Positions 9,186 to 19,400 of a DNA stretch of 64,000 nt are shown in pieces. Under the pieces are notes generated by a model, which worked only from the letters and a program-made list of their open reading frames with translations, was not told the DNA's origin and did no database searches. A program made the position numbers and the translations under genes. The stretch covers positions 8,262 through 72,261 of the forward strand of contig CAYJVB010000001.1 in assembly GCA_964373575.1 (NCBI GenBank), given 5' to 3'. The stretch is from an uncultured archaeon. GTDB taxonomy: Archaea > Aenigmatarchaeota > Aenigmatarchaeia > CG10238-14. Within the stretch, counting starts at the first letter, position 1. Each line of letters opens with the position of its first letter.

Positions 9186-11180
9186 TCACTGTGTAACTAA
9201 AATCTTTTCCCCAGCATTTCTGATATTAAAAATATAACTTCCAGCAGCTTTAACATCTTCAAACTGAATGTCTTTCGTGCAAGAGAGTTTTCTGCAAGAC
9301 GTTGTACCATCATTATAAAACATACATAATTTTTTGTCATCAACATTAGGGCTTTTTGTTACTTTAATCGTTACAGCATCGCAGACTGGCTTGGAGGGGT
9401 TCAGATTAGTCTGTTCAGAATCGATCTTAACATCTCTATCTTGTGATATTGTGTAAGATGTTGTTGCTTCGCATTTTATGGATGCAGGAATACCTATGCA
9501 TGAAGCCCCATCCTTTTCTCCACTAAATTTAATATCATAAGTTCCCGGTTTCTGCGGAGATCCTTCCCACTCCCATACCGAAAAATCAGGACTTCCTGAA
9601 ACAACATTAGGATTAGGGTCGACTATTGTTGTTCCTCCATATGTGTTCAGCAAAACACAAGTATAACCGAAAGATGATTCAACCCTAAACCTTACTCTAT
9701 TATTTCCTATGGAATAAACAGGATAGTGCAGGTTGATTTGATATTGTGAATCAGTTTCAGTCTCACAACTTTCATCTATTTTTCCACTTAATTCTTCTAG
9801 TTCCCCATCAGTCATTTTTATTTGCATTATAGCCGGAAAATATCTCGATTCATCTATTTTTATTGCAACAGGATATCTTGCTGTAACCTGATTTCTCAAA
9901 GCATTATCTTTCGACGCCTCTTCTTGGCCAAACGACCACACCTCTTTTTTAGCATCAGGGTTCTGGAAAAACAAAGATTCTAGCGCTATTGGAGATAGAA
10001 TTGTTCCATGCGTATTTAGGAGCAATAAATCAAACTTCTTTATATCCTCCAAATTTGTTTGCCCGATAAAAAGCCAATCCGAATCAACTTTTATACCAAT
10101 CGGTTGAACATTAACAACAGTCGGGTTTCCATACCCGCCATTATTATGTTTAACAGCAGGACATCCATCATTAGCGCATTTCTCCATCATCATAGCCCAC
10201 AAACAATCAGCATCATAAGGATCAATTATATCCATTATATATCCAATTCTCACAGTATCAGTCTTTCTTTTTTCCGCAGTATATTTTATTACATTCAGTC
10301 CAAACGTAATATCTTCAAAATCAGTATAAGTAAGCCCTCTGCTAGGGCATGCTGTTGGATTACTGCACCAATTATTTGCCTTTTCTATCCACTGTTCTAT
10401 GCTCTCAGTTTTGTAAAATCTGAAACACTGCTGCGGTGTACATCCCCTTCCGGCAGTGGGATCATTTATACCACAAGAAATATCCTGACCTGTAGCGATG
10501 AATGCACCCTTGCCCACAATATGACTATCTTCTGTGTATGCAGCTGTTGTCCTTCCGCTTGTTGTATCAATTAAAATATCTCTCCACGATCCACCAATAG
10601 GTACAACAGAAGCGGATTCACTATGACAATCACCTAAATTGTTTAACGTGTCAATGCCATTTGTAAATGTTTCATCAACCGATTCTTCATTAACATTTGT
10701 CAAATAAGGCGTAGTGTTTTCATAAACAAAAGGTATAAAGAATTCTGGATCAACATCTATCCCTCTATCCCCATCACTCCAAAGCACACCTCCGCTAAAA
10801 ACATAATTCTTTAACTTGTCAAGTTCCTGAGATGTTTCGATATCAACTTTGTATCCAAAACTATAATCTCTAGCACAGCTTGGCTCTATATTAGAATATT
10901 TACTTTTGAATTCATCTAATTTTTTCTTGTCCAAAATCCTATGCGTTGCAAGTTCACCCTCACTTCCTGAGACTCTACCAATTTCATCATAAGCCAAACA
11001 ACTTTTAGAACCAGATAAAACTTCTAAAGTGTTTATCGCCTTGTTGTTTAGCCTTTGTTCTGCAGACTCTTCAGCTGTAATGACATTCAGTGAAAAAAGC
11101 CTGTTGACAGAAATTCCAATTATTAATAGCGTCAATATAAGAAAAACCCCTTTGATTAGAAATTGGGAGATACCTTTCAT
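9186..11180 (-). CDS. Large secreted protein (664 aa) with a class III/pilin-like N-terminus; function unknown
   Basis: MKG|ISQFLIKGVFLILTLLIIGISV at the N-terminus. Cys-rich. Sits within the contiguous minus-strand array. Confidence 0.45.
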   Translation of the reverse strand: MKGISQFLIKGVFLILTLLIIGISVNRLFSLNVITAEESAEQRLNNKAINTLEVLSGSKSCLAYDEIGRVSGSEGELATHRILDKKKLDEFKSKYSNIEPSCARDYSFGYKVDIETSQELDKLKNYVFSGGVLWSDGDRGIDVDPEFFIPFVYENTTPYLTNVNEESVDETFTNGIDTLNNLGDCHSESASVVPIGGSWRDILIDTTSGRTTAAYTEDSHIVGKGAFIATGQDISCGINDPTAGRGCTPQQCFRFYKTESIEQWIEKANNWCSNPTACPSRGLTYTDFEDITFGLNVIKYTAEKRKTDTVRIGYIMDIIDPYDADCLWAMMMEKCANDGCPAVKHNNGGYGNPTVVNVQPIGIKVDSDWLFIGQTNLEDIKKFDLLLLNTHGTILSPIALESLFFQNPDAKKEVWSFGQEEASKDNALRNQVTARYPVAIKIDESRYFPAIMQIKMTDGELEELSGKIDESCETETDSQYQINLHYPVYSIGNNRVRFRVESSFGYTCVLLNTYGGTTIVDPNPNVVSGSPDFSVWEWEGSPQKPGTYDIKFSGEKDGASCIGIPASIKCEATTSYTISQDRDVKIDSEQTNLNPSKPVCDAVTIKVTKSPNVDDKKLCMFYNDGTTSCRKLSCTKDIQFEDVKAAGSYIFNIRNAGEKILVTQ

Positions 11181-11294
11181 TTTATCTGAATGATTATTAA
11201 TTTCATGATTTAATTATTTTGTTGATTATCGTCTGTACGGTAACACAATTGCTGTTGCGTTTTTTAGGACAAAAATACTGTGACACTACAATTA

Positions 11295-13784
11295 TCAGGG
11301 TAAAGGATAGTCAGTGGCAATACTAACAACAGAAGCTAATTCAGTGGAATCTACATGATCCTTTGAAGAAAATCTATTCATTATTGATAATATTCCATTA
11401 AGGTTCCTGTCCAACTCCACAGATGAGTGATCTTGAAATTCTATTTCTATACCTGCAATACCAACTGAATCAAGATAATCAATTGCATCTCCCGTTACTG
11501 GATAACCTGCAGAATAAGAAGGTCGATTACCACAATATCCAGCAAATATCATGCCATTTGGAGCAACACTACTATGATAAAAAATTACACCTTTGACATT
11601 ATTTGAAATAAGGAAATCACGCACAGCCCGCGTTTCAGGTTCTGAAAATGGGTTGCTCCCACCACTAACTATATTGTCTTGCCAATAGGCTGTCTCATCC
11701 CAATTACAGTCCCAGTTTCTATTTAAATCAACATTGTTAGCATTAAGTCTTCTAGATAGGTATTCGTTAAGTGTTAGTCCTGGGGCCCAAATACCCGAAG
11801 AATAACCATCTGGATTCATATTTGGAATTATGAAAAGAGTTATATCATCTGGTATTTGTTGAGGATTTGATTCAAAATACGATACCACATTTGATGCTAT
11901 TTCAATGCCATTGTGTTCATAGCCACCATGAATTCCGCCAACAACAAGTAGTTTAGTATTCCCATGACCAAATTTAAAAACTTCTATTTCCCTTCCTTCT
12001 ACAGATTTTCCTATTATGAATTTATTTGAAAACTCTTCAGAACATAAAAATTCAGGTTTGACATTTTCTCCATTTACTTTCAATTCAATGTGAACATGCG
12101 TTCCTTCACCTAAATTAAACAATGTACCCACCTGTGTTCCTGAAGGGACATTTTTCACGTTACCTTCACCCCGATTTAAATGACTAAGCCAAATTTCATA
12201 ATTATTACCTTCGTCATCAAAGCCTTTGTAAATTCTCAAATAACCCCACATTGGATTTAAATCATTAGGAACACCAAGTTCTGCTCCAGTCCACGACCAT
12301 GTAATAGTTTTGCCATTAATAGAAGGGAGAAAAACAGGTGCACCTGGCCCCGTACTTGATACATCTATTGCATACCCATATGTTTGACTAAGTTTCCATC
12401 CAGCTCTTTTTTTATGGCATACATTAATAGTCCCATCAGGATCTATAGAATCTAATGGACCGGTAGCACCACCAATATTATACGAACATCTACCTGCAGC
12501 GCTAGCAGATCCAGACCAGTAAACATTACTTCCATGACCTCCTTTACATTTAGGGTAATTACTGTTATACGATCCACATGTGATAGTAGGCGATTTAACG
12601 AGACATGTTCCTTGAAGACTGGAAGTTGTTGTCGTTGTACAACGTGTTTCTTTTTGACATTGAGGCCAAACAGGATAATACTGTCCAGCCTTGATATTGA
12701 CATAAGTCATAACTACAGCAGCTTCGCACTGGTAACAATCATATCCCTGGCTTTCACAGTATGGATCACCTGTAATACAGACATCATATTTTCTAGCACC
12801 TATGGTGAGAGAATCTAAATTACCATATACGTCCCAATTCGTGCTACCTGTATCTTTGACAGCTTCAAATATTAGTGCAGCTCCTCCATTGTATGCAGCC
12901 AATGCAGATTTAATGTAGTTGTCAGTTCCGTGTTGCTTAAAATTATAGCCAAAAGACGCGTAAGTGTCTAACGAACTAAATTTATTTTTTAAAACTCTTA
13001 TACCACAACGGAAATTTTTGACTGCAACAGCGCTAATTTCCTCGTAAGTCCCAATATCATTACACGATGATTCCGCCGTACTTCTTGTAACCTGCATAAG
13101 GCCGCCTCTTTGCAAAATATAATCGGCTTCATTCCACCCGGTTTCCGTTCCGATAACAGATGCTACTAGATATACCGCATTTTCTACACTACCCGTGTAC
13201 TGTTGCAAGTTTTCCACAATCACAGCTTCTTTTATCTGATTGTAATATTTGTTGAATCCGTCAATGCATTTTTGATTTCCAACATGGGAAAGGCATATAT
13301 TAGCAGGACAAGAAACTAATTTTTCTTCACAAACCTGAGGAAGTGTTGTGGTTGTAGATGTCGTTGTCGTAGTTAATTTAACACCACCACATCCAATATT
13401 ATTTTCTGGCTTAATGTCAAGTTTTTGTTCTTCTTTTCTGACAATTATTTTATCAGAATCTTCAAAGCACACATCACTTATCTTATTACCTTCTATGAAA
13501 AATGATACCGACTTTCCAGTAGTCTTGTCTTGTACCGAAACTATATTGTCCGAAACACGGAATACATATTTTTTTACCAAAGGACCATAACTTAATGAAA
13601 CATCATTGGTTGAAGCAACAACCCTATAAATTGTGGTTTCTATGTCAGAAGAAAATTCTGCTAAAGGCTGATCTTGGGACGATTGACTCTCCTTGAAAAA
13701 AATTGGTCTCAACAAAAATAATGCTATTCCCACTGCTATCAGTATTCCAACAGTCAAAATAACTTCTGATACATCTCCTTTCAT
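11295..13784 (-). CDS. Pilin-like N-terminus fused to a three-domain murein hydrolase: lytic transglycosylase (SLT), M23 peptidase and M14 zinc carboxypeptidase
   Basis: N-terminus MKG|DVSEVILTVGILIAVGIALFLL. SLT motif ETGWNE...GGLMQV at ~aa 195-330. Poly-Thr linkers. M23 motif GEGTHVHIEL at ~aa 560. M14 motifs HGGYEHNG, IIPNMNPDGY and DLNRNWDCNWDE at ~aa 600-829. Confidence 0.65.
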   Translation of the reverse strand: MKGDVSEVILTVGILIAVGIALFLLRPIFFKESQSSQDQPLAEFSSDIETTIYRVVASTNDVSLSYGPLVKKYVFRVSDNIVSVQDKTTGKSVSFFIEGNKISDVCFEDSDKIIVRKEEQKLDIKPENNIGCGGVKLTTTTTSTTTTLPQVCEEKLVSCPANICLSHVGNQKCIDGFNKYYNQIKEAVIVENLQQYTGSVENAVYLVASVIGTETGWNEADYILQRGGLMQVTRSTAESSCNDIGTYEEISAVAVKNFRCGIRVLKNKFSSLDTYASFGYNFKQHGTDNYIKSALAAYNGGAALIFEAVKDTGSTNWDVYGNLDSLTIGARKYDVCITGDPYCESQGYDCYQCEAAVVMTYVNIKAGQYYPVWPQCQKETRCTTTTTSSLQGTCLVKSPTITCGSYNSNYPKCKGGHGSNVYWSGSASAAGRCSYNIGGATGPLDSIDPDGTINVCHKKRAGWKLSQTYGYAIDVSSTGPGAPVFLPSINGKTITWSWTGAELGVPNDLNPMWGYLRIYKGFDDEGNNYEIWLSHLNRGEGNVKNVPSGTQVGTLFNLGEGTHVHIELKVNGENVKPEFLCSEEFSNKFIIGKSVEGREIEVFKFGHGNTKLLVVGGIHGGYEHNGIEIASNVVSYFESNPQQIPDDITLFIIPNMNPDGYSSGIWAPGLTLNEYLSRRLNANNVDLNRNWDCNWDETAYWQDNIVSGGSNPFSEPETRAVRDFLISNNVKGVIFYHSSVAPNGMIFAGYCGNRPSYSAGYPVTGDAIDYLDSVGIAGIEIEFQDHSSVELDRNLNGILSIMNRFSSKDHVDSTELASVVSIATDYPLP

Positions 13785-13787
13785 CTT

Positions 13788-15269
13788 TTAACACGCCAAT
13801 CCATTCATATATGAAACTAGAGGACCATTATTTCCTGCATCTCCAGTTAAATCCGGATAAATTTCAAATGAACCCCAACCAAACTGCCCATAATGAAATA
13901 TAGCTGCGCCAACAACATAGCTATCTTCCTTCAACTTGGAATCATACCATTTAAGGTCCTCAAGATATGAGCTCGCGTCAGTATGAGCCCTCCAACCACA
14001 ATTATCTTCACAACCTCCAGAATCAATTCCAGTTTCAGTTATTACCAAAGGAATTTCTAAATTATTTGGTTGCAAATATTGTCTGTAAACTTTTCTATAT
14101 CTCAGTGTAAGCCATCCAGTGTCTCCATCCAAATTACATTGCATTGAAGGTGAACAATATTCATGTAAGCTAAGATATCCACCATTTTGTTTTGCAGCCT
14201 CTAATGCAGGCTTAAATTCAGACCATAAAGCCAAATCAGGGTTACCAGCTGAGAACGACCCAATACACGCCTTTCTACTTATACTGTTCAGCAATTTTAT
14301 TCTTTCAACCTCAAAAGAACTCATCCACTGCATTTCTTGAGCTGTATGACCTGGAACAGGTTCATTATATCCTTCCCAACAATCTACACTATTAGTAGAC
14401 TCAATAGTACCTCTATTTCTATTAAACCAATCTCTAGCCCTTTGTGCAGCATCTCCATCAGTTGGCTGTTGTCCAGCGGATTCAACAATTCTTCCAACAA
14501 TAAATGTGCATGGTGACGTCTGTTTTATTTCCTCAGCCTTCCCATAATCGCTATTAAGTTTAACAACAGATGGTTTTGTTGAATCAACAAATTCCATCAC
14601 ACCAGATTTTTGAAATTGTGTCTGAATTCCAAGCTTACTGCGACACGCTAAATTCAAATCACAAGTTCTTGGAGGCATTGTCGTTGTACTTCCAGGCAAT
14701 GTAGTCGTCGTTTCCTCATCCCCACCATAATTGTCAGTAGGTACATGAATAGGTGGTGGCGGGGGTTTAGACAATTCCAAGTTTACAGCATTACTAGTTC
14801 TCTTGAAAGTAACCTCATACTCCTTCACCAACGGCCTTCCAAGTATCTTGTTCACCGCAATCTGAAAATCATTATAATCCTCTAGTGTTCCCATATGCGG
14901 CAACCTAGTCCTGCATCTCAGCTTACTGCATCTATTAAACTGCTCCGACTTAAACTGGAAGCATAGATAATCTCCCTCACTTAACTTATCACTCTTAATG
15001 AGATCGCTAACAGTCGGCAATACATCATCAGGTTTGTCAGTTGTATAAAACACACGTACTTGACTTGGTATCAATAAATCAAAGGTCAAAAAATTTCCCG
15101 GCTCTTGAGAGCATACAGAATCTAAATCTTCGTTTATATTGGAAAATTGCTCAAGAAAAGTTTGTTTTTGAGATTCAATGACAAACGATGCTATTAACTG
15201 ATAACCTATTGAAAAAACCATTAATCCTAATACAATCCCACCAACAGCTAGTAAAATAGTGTCAGCCAT
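13788..15269 (-). CDS. Membrane-anchored, pilin-like N-domain fused through a Thr/Pro linker to a clan GH-A (GH5-like) glycoside hydrolase
   Basis: N-terminus MADTILLAVGGIVLGLMVFSIGY. Linker TTTTLPGSTTTMPP. The catalytic-type motifs WEGYNEP (acid/base NEP) and LVITETGIDS (nucleophile TE.G) are typical of GH5/clan A. Confidence 0.5.
   Translation of the reverse strand: MADTILLAVGGIVLGLMVFSIGYQLIASFVIESQKQTFLEQFSNINEDLDSVCSQEPGNFLTFDLLIPSQVRVFYTTDKPDDVLPTVSDLIKSDKLSEGDYLCFQFKSEQFNRCSKLRCRTRLPHMGTLEDYNDFQIAVNKILGRPLVKEYEVTFKRTSNAVNLELSKPPPPPIHVPTDNYGGDEETTTTLPGSTTTMPPRTCDLNLACRSKLGIQTQFQKSGVMEFVDSTKPSVVKLNSDYGKAEEIKQTSPCTFIVGRIVESAGQQPTDGDAAQRARDWFNRNRGTIESTNSVDCWEGYNEPVPGHTAQEMQWMSSFEVERIKLLNSISRKACIGSFSAGNPDLALWSEFKPALEAAKQNGGYLSLHEYCSPSMQCNLDGDTGWLTLRYRKVYRQYLQPNNLEIPLVITETGIDSGGCEDNCGWRAHTDASSYLEDLKWYDSKLKEDSYVVGAAIFHYGQFGWGSFEIYPDLTGDAGNNGPLVSYMNGLAC
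14811..14982. repeat. Copy 1 of a ~171-bp perfect direct repeat. Copy 2 is at 15342..15512.
   Basis: Compared base by base: acctcatactccttcaccaacggcc ... agataatctccctcact is identical in both copies. The flanks diverge. Confidence 0.85.
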
Positions 15270-15293
15270 TATTATAATTTGTTTTCAAGTATT

Positions 15294-15800
15294 TTATTTT
15301 TTAAAATCAATATTTATTCCGTTGACAGTCCTGGTAAACCTCACCTCATACTCCTTCACCAACGGCCTTCCAAGTATCTTGTTCACCGCAATCTGAAAAT
15401 CATTATAATCCTCTAGTGTTCCCATATGCGGCAACCTAGTCCTGCATCTCAGCTTACTGCATCTATTAAACTGCTCCGACTTAAACTGGAAGCATAGATA
15501 ATCTCCCTCACTCAATTTGTTATTATCTATCAGTTCATCGACATTCAGTAATATTTGATCAGGATTATCGGTAGTGTAAAGAACCCTGACTTGGTTCGAT
15601 ATTCTTATATTTGAAAGATGCGAATTCCCTGGTTCATTTTGGCATACACTTTCTATTTCAGCATTTATTGTATTGATCTGGTTGAGAAAATCATGTTTCA
15701 TAGCCTGTAAAATATTGTTAGTTAACAAATTATATCCTATGAGAAAAATCATTAACCCTATTATAATTCCACCCGCAGCAAGAATAATCGTCTCTGGCAT
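15294..15800 (-). CDS. Truncated paralog of the N-terminal (pilin-like) domain of the 13788..15269 protein. A 60-aa stretch is identical at protein level and 171 bp are identical at DNA level.
   Basis: MPETIILAAGGIIIGLMIFLIGY..., then the stretch LSEGDYLCFQFKSEQFNRCSKLRCRTRLPHMGTLEDYNDFQIAVNKILGRPLVKEYEV, identical to the stretch in the upstream gene. Confidence 0.45.
   Translation of the reverse strand: MPETIILAAGGIIIGLMIFLIGYNLLTNNILQAMKHDFLNQINTINAEIESVCQNEPGNSHLSNIRISNQVRVLYTTDNPDQILLNVDELIDNNKLSEGDYLCFQFKSEQFNRCSKLRCRTRLPHMGTLEDYNDFQIAVNKILGRPLVKEYEVRFTRTVNGINIDFKK
15342..15512. repeat. Copy 2 of the ~171-bp perfect direct repeat. Copy 1 is at 14811..14982.
   Basis: See copy 1. Confidence 0.85.
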
Positions 15801-15824
15801 TATTATAATTTCTCTTCACAGCAT

Positions 15825-16433
15825 TTATCGTTTGAACAATTTGTCTTTGTTTTTAAGATAAACGACTACAGCAATAATTATCAAGGCAAATAATATTAAC
15901 AAAATTCCTATAGTCACATTTCTACTGCTACTGGTTTTTGTAGGCAAAGTAGTAGTTGTGCTTCTAACAGTAGTCGTTGTAAGTCTTGTTGTTGTAGTTG
16001 CCTGCAATGTTGTTGTAGTTGCCTGCAATGTTGTTGTAGTTGCCTGCAATGTTGTTGTAGTGATAGAACTAGGCAATGTAGTAGTCGTCACTGATGGTTG
16101 ATTTACATCTATAAAAACCTCATCGGATTGACCCTCATTACAGTCTGCTTTAATCTTAACTGTTCCGAGTGGTGAGCCACAACTGGTCCAATTTATACTT
16201 GCAATTCCCGTCGATGATATCTTTGGTAGGCACGAAGGACTGCTGACAAGCAATTTGTAAACAATTAAATTTCCTTGTGTACAATTTTCTACAACCTTGC
16301 ATTCACAAGTCTTGTCAGTGTCGCATTTCCAGTTTTCATTTCCCGATTTGCAGTATTGAATAGTAATAGCAGCTGACACATTACTAATAATAACCAAAAA
16401 AACCATAGCTGTAATAAGCATTTTTTTCAGCAT
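15825..16433 (-). CDS. Secreted Cys-rich protein with a (TTTTLQA)n repeat linker and a C-terminal TM anchor
   Basis: Sec signal MLKKMLITAMVFLVIISNVSAA. Eight Cys in the first 100 aa. TTTTLQATTTTLQATTTTLQATTTT. C-terminal stretch IGILLILFALIIIAVVVYL followed by basic residues. Confidence 0.5.
   Translation of the reverse strand: MLKKMLITAMVFLVIISNVSAAITIQYCKSGNENWKCDTDKTCECKVVENCTQGNLIVYKLLVSSPSCLPKISSTGIASINWTSCGSPLGTVKIKADCNEGQSDEVFIDVNQPSVTTTTLPSSITTTTLQATTTTLQATTTTLQATTTTRLTTTTVRSTTTTLPTKTSSSRNVTIGILLILFALIIIAVVVYLKNKDKLFKR
15988..16060. repeat. 21-bp tandem repeat (gttgttgtagttgcctgcaat, about 3.5 copies) inside the CDS. It encodes the TTTTLQA repeats (minus strand).
   Basis: Three exact consecutive 21-nt units at 15988..16008, 16009..16029 and 16030..16050, plus a partial fourth unit. 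Confidence 0.8.
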
Positions 16434-19400
16434 GTGAACGCCTCCTGTTTTAATCTATAAATTCTATTCAATGGATTATCAAATCTGTATACAGATATTA
16501 TTGCAGTTAGCTTTGTCCCAGTAGAGCATGTTAGAATATTTGCTAATGGAATAGATAAAATACCTGTTGATCCCGCATTTAATTTTTGGAATTGTGCATA
16601 ATAAATTATTCCCTCGGGTTCATGAATTAAATTAACATAAACTATTACATCAACACCCACCAAATTTTTAGTTATTTGTAAATTGCACTTTTCTTTACTG
16701 CAAGTAACGTCACTCATATCGAATTGTTGATTTGGTAATGTAGTTGTTGTAGTTGAAGAAGTGGTGGTTGTAGCCTGCAAAGGCACAACATTTGCTGTTA
16801 TAGACAATTCATCTATCACTGCAGTCGCTTGACTAACTTTATCCATGTTAGACCCAATAAACAAATCATTTCCCAGTGATGATGGAACATTTACAGACAG
16901 ATCACTTCCTACAAGAACACCATCAACATAAAGCATTATCTCATTGGATCTCCAAGTCGTCCTGATATTGTGCATCACATTTGCCTTCCACGATGAAACA
17001 TCAGCACTTACAGTATTGATATTGCCAGCACCATCAATTAAATCAAATACAAGTCTGTTGCCAAAGTTTTTGTATATAGATATCCTGTTGCTGTCTTTGC
17101 TTTCTCCAACATCAATGAAATAATGTGAAGAGTCATCATTACCATTCCAATATGGTTTAACCCAAAAATCAACTGTTCCCTTGTTGGGGTCGATATTTTT
17201 TACAGTCGAATAAGTTAATACATTGTTTGTTTTAATTACAACCCCATCATTTTTTTTGCCCGTATCAAAGCCAGTCGGTGATATTTTGATGTTATCTAAT
17301 AATATTGTTCCCACATCGGTAGCAGACTCGAAATCAATCTTCAACTTGTTTATCTGTCCGTCATTATCTGTCCACTCAGTATCAGTGATATCAAATGATA
17401 GTGTTGCATAATCATTGCTATCAGTTATTGAAAATGACTGTGAGCATGCTTCATCAAACACAGCGCAATCCACTCCATCCGTATAGTATACCTTGATGCT
17501 CTTCGGTCCTCCCTGGTACCCCTTGTATCTCAACGACAAGTGATTTAGCGAAGCATCAAAGCTTACTGATTTGAAAATATAGGGGTCAAATGTTGAAGTC
17601 AATTGCCCTTGATATTCGCCTCCACTTACACTCCCTCTTATCATATTTTCCTGCCAGTCTTCAGTATTGCTTGTAAAGTCGTCTATCAACACCTCTTTTT
17701 GGTTAGGATTTTCACCACCCTGGCACGTCAGAGTATTATCAAAACCGCATAATAATTCAGTTGAAGTTGGTGTAGTAGTAGTAGAAGTAGTGGTTGTTGC
17801 TCCCGGTAAAGTTGTACTGGTCGTTGTTGTTGCACCGGGAACAGTTGTAGATGTTGTAGTAGTTCCACCCGGAGATAAAGTGACTGGAATTATCAACTTT
17901 TTAACGATTTCTGTTATTCCGCTTGGATCAAAGCATATTGAAAGTACTTTTATCTTTCCGTCAGTACCTGTTGGAACAATAGTAACCTCTGTTGGTGGAA
18001 TGTCGACTACAGGTGATTGAATGAGATAATCTAATGGCGTCTTATCTTCATTTGTGATGACCCATAACCCCCCATTACAGTTTTGAACAGTGCACTTAAG
18101 AGGTTGACCTGTTTGAACTGAAGTTTTGTCACATGCAAGAGTATATTTTGGCGGCAAAGTTGTTGATGTAGTAGTACCACCTCCCACACCACCAGATGGT
18201 GTACACGCTCCATTAGAACATGTTTTATCTGCTGAACAAACATTATTACATCCACCGCAATTATTTTTATCTGTTTTTAAATTTACACATGTTCCAGCAC
18301 AATTTGTAGTTCCACTTGGACATGTACCACCTCCCCCGCCGCCAGAACTAACGCCATAACCAACAGTCTCAGATTGGCATTGATCGCTTATGAATTTTGC
18401 CTGATAAGTTTTTTCCGTTGATGAAGCCGTTCCTTTGAAAGTCCATGTCCACTGCCCACCAGTAGGACCGCTTATTTCTGGTTTATCATTGGGATTGGGT
18501 GTTGCACCATCACCAGTGTTAATTTTTACATTGGTGTATCCACTTGAAGCAGTAAAAACAAATTTAATTCCACCACCAGGTGTTACAGTAGAAGGGTCAA
18601 TATTTAATTTTCCACAAGTGCTTGAACCACTACCGGAAGCAGTAGTCCAACAAGGATCATTTATATTCTCACAACTGCACGCGTGATTTCCTTTTTCAGG
18701 AGTTCCTCCAACTGAATAACACCAATAAGCGTATCCATCTATACATTTAGCTCCTATAGAAGTACAACTGCCACCTGTTCCAGTTCCAGGACTTGTTGTC
18801 CAACACGATGGTGGCGACGAAACCTGATTTGAAGTAATATTGCAACTACAAGGATGGTTTCCTTTGTCAAAACCACGGCTATCAGTATAACACCACCAAG
18901 CCCAACCTTGACTGCATACAGGACCTGCAGGAGAACATGAAACACCTTGGGTTGTACCGCCACCAGTTCCAGTTCCTCCACCCCCGCCGGAAGACTTTAT
19001 ACTAAAACTATATGTCGAAGAATCATATGAAGCTTCACCATTCTTGGCAAATACAATCCATTCATATCTATGACCATTGACTAGACCACCAACAGAACAA
19101 GAAATAGTCACAATATCAATATTATCCCCACCACCACCACATTTTACATCGAAGTCTCCGCCTACTGTTGCATCTTGGAATTGTACTTCATGAACGCGTG
19201 AACCACCGATGCAACTGTCAAGTTTATAATCAATTTTAACCTTAAGAGTTACACTAGTAGTTCCAGCTGCCAATTGGGCACCGCTGACAGGTTCAGGAGA
19301 AGTGATTGTTGGTATCCGTGATTCACAAAGTGCGCTGCAACACAAATATGGAGGTGTACATGTGTTTGCGACATTACAAGGGGGAACAGCCAACACAAGA

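Noticed and set aside
10059-10574. 171-aa plus-strand ORF, and similar antisense ORFs inside large minus-strand genes (e.g. 12452..12818, 13348..13590, 17667..18020, 18031..18981, 19757..20047, 36456..36984)
   Set aside because: They are antisense to much longer, motif-bearing CDSs. Their sequences are low-complexity (reverse frames of Thr/Gly linkers) or have no features.
15988-17880. Repetitive DNA at 15988..16060 and the T-rich repeats at ~17770..17880, considered as possible CRISPR arrays
   Set aside because: The repeats are contiguous with no spacers and sit in-frame inside CDSs. They encode poly-Thr linker peptides, and there are no cas genes nearby.
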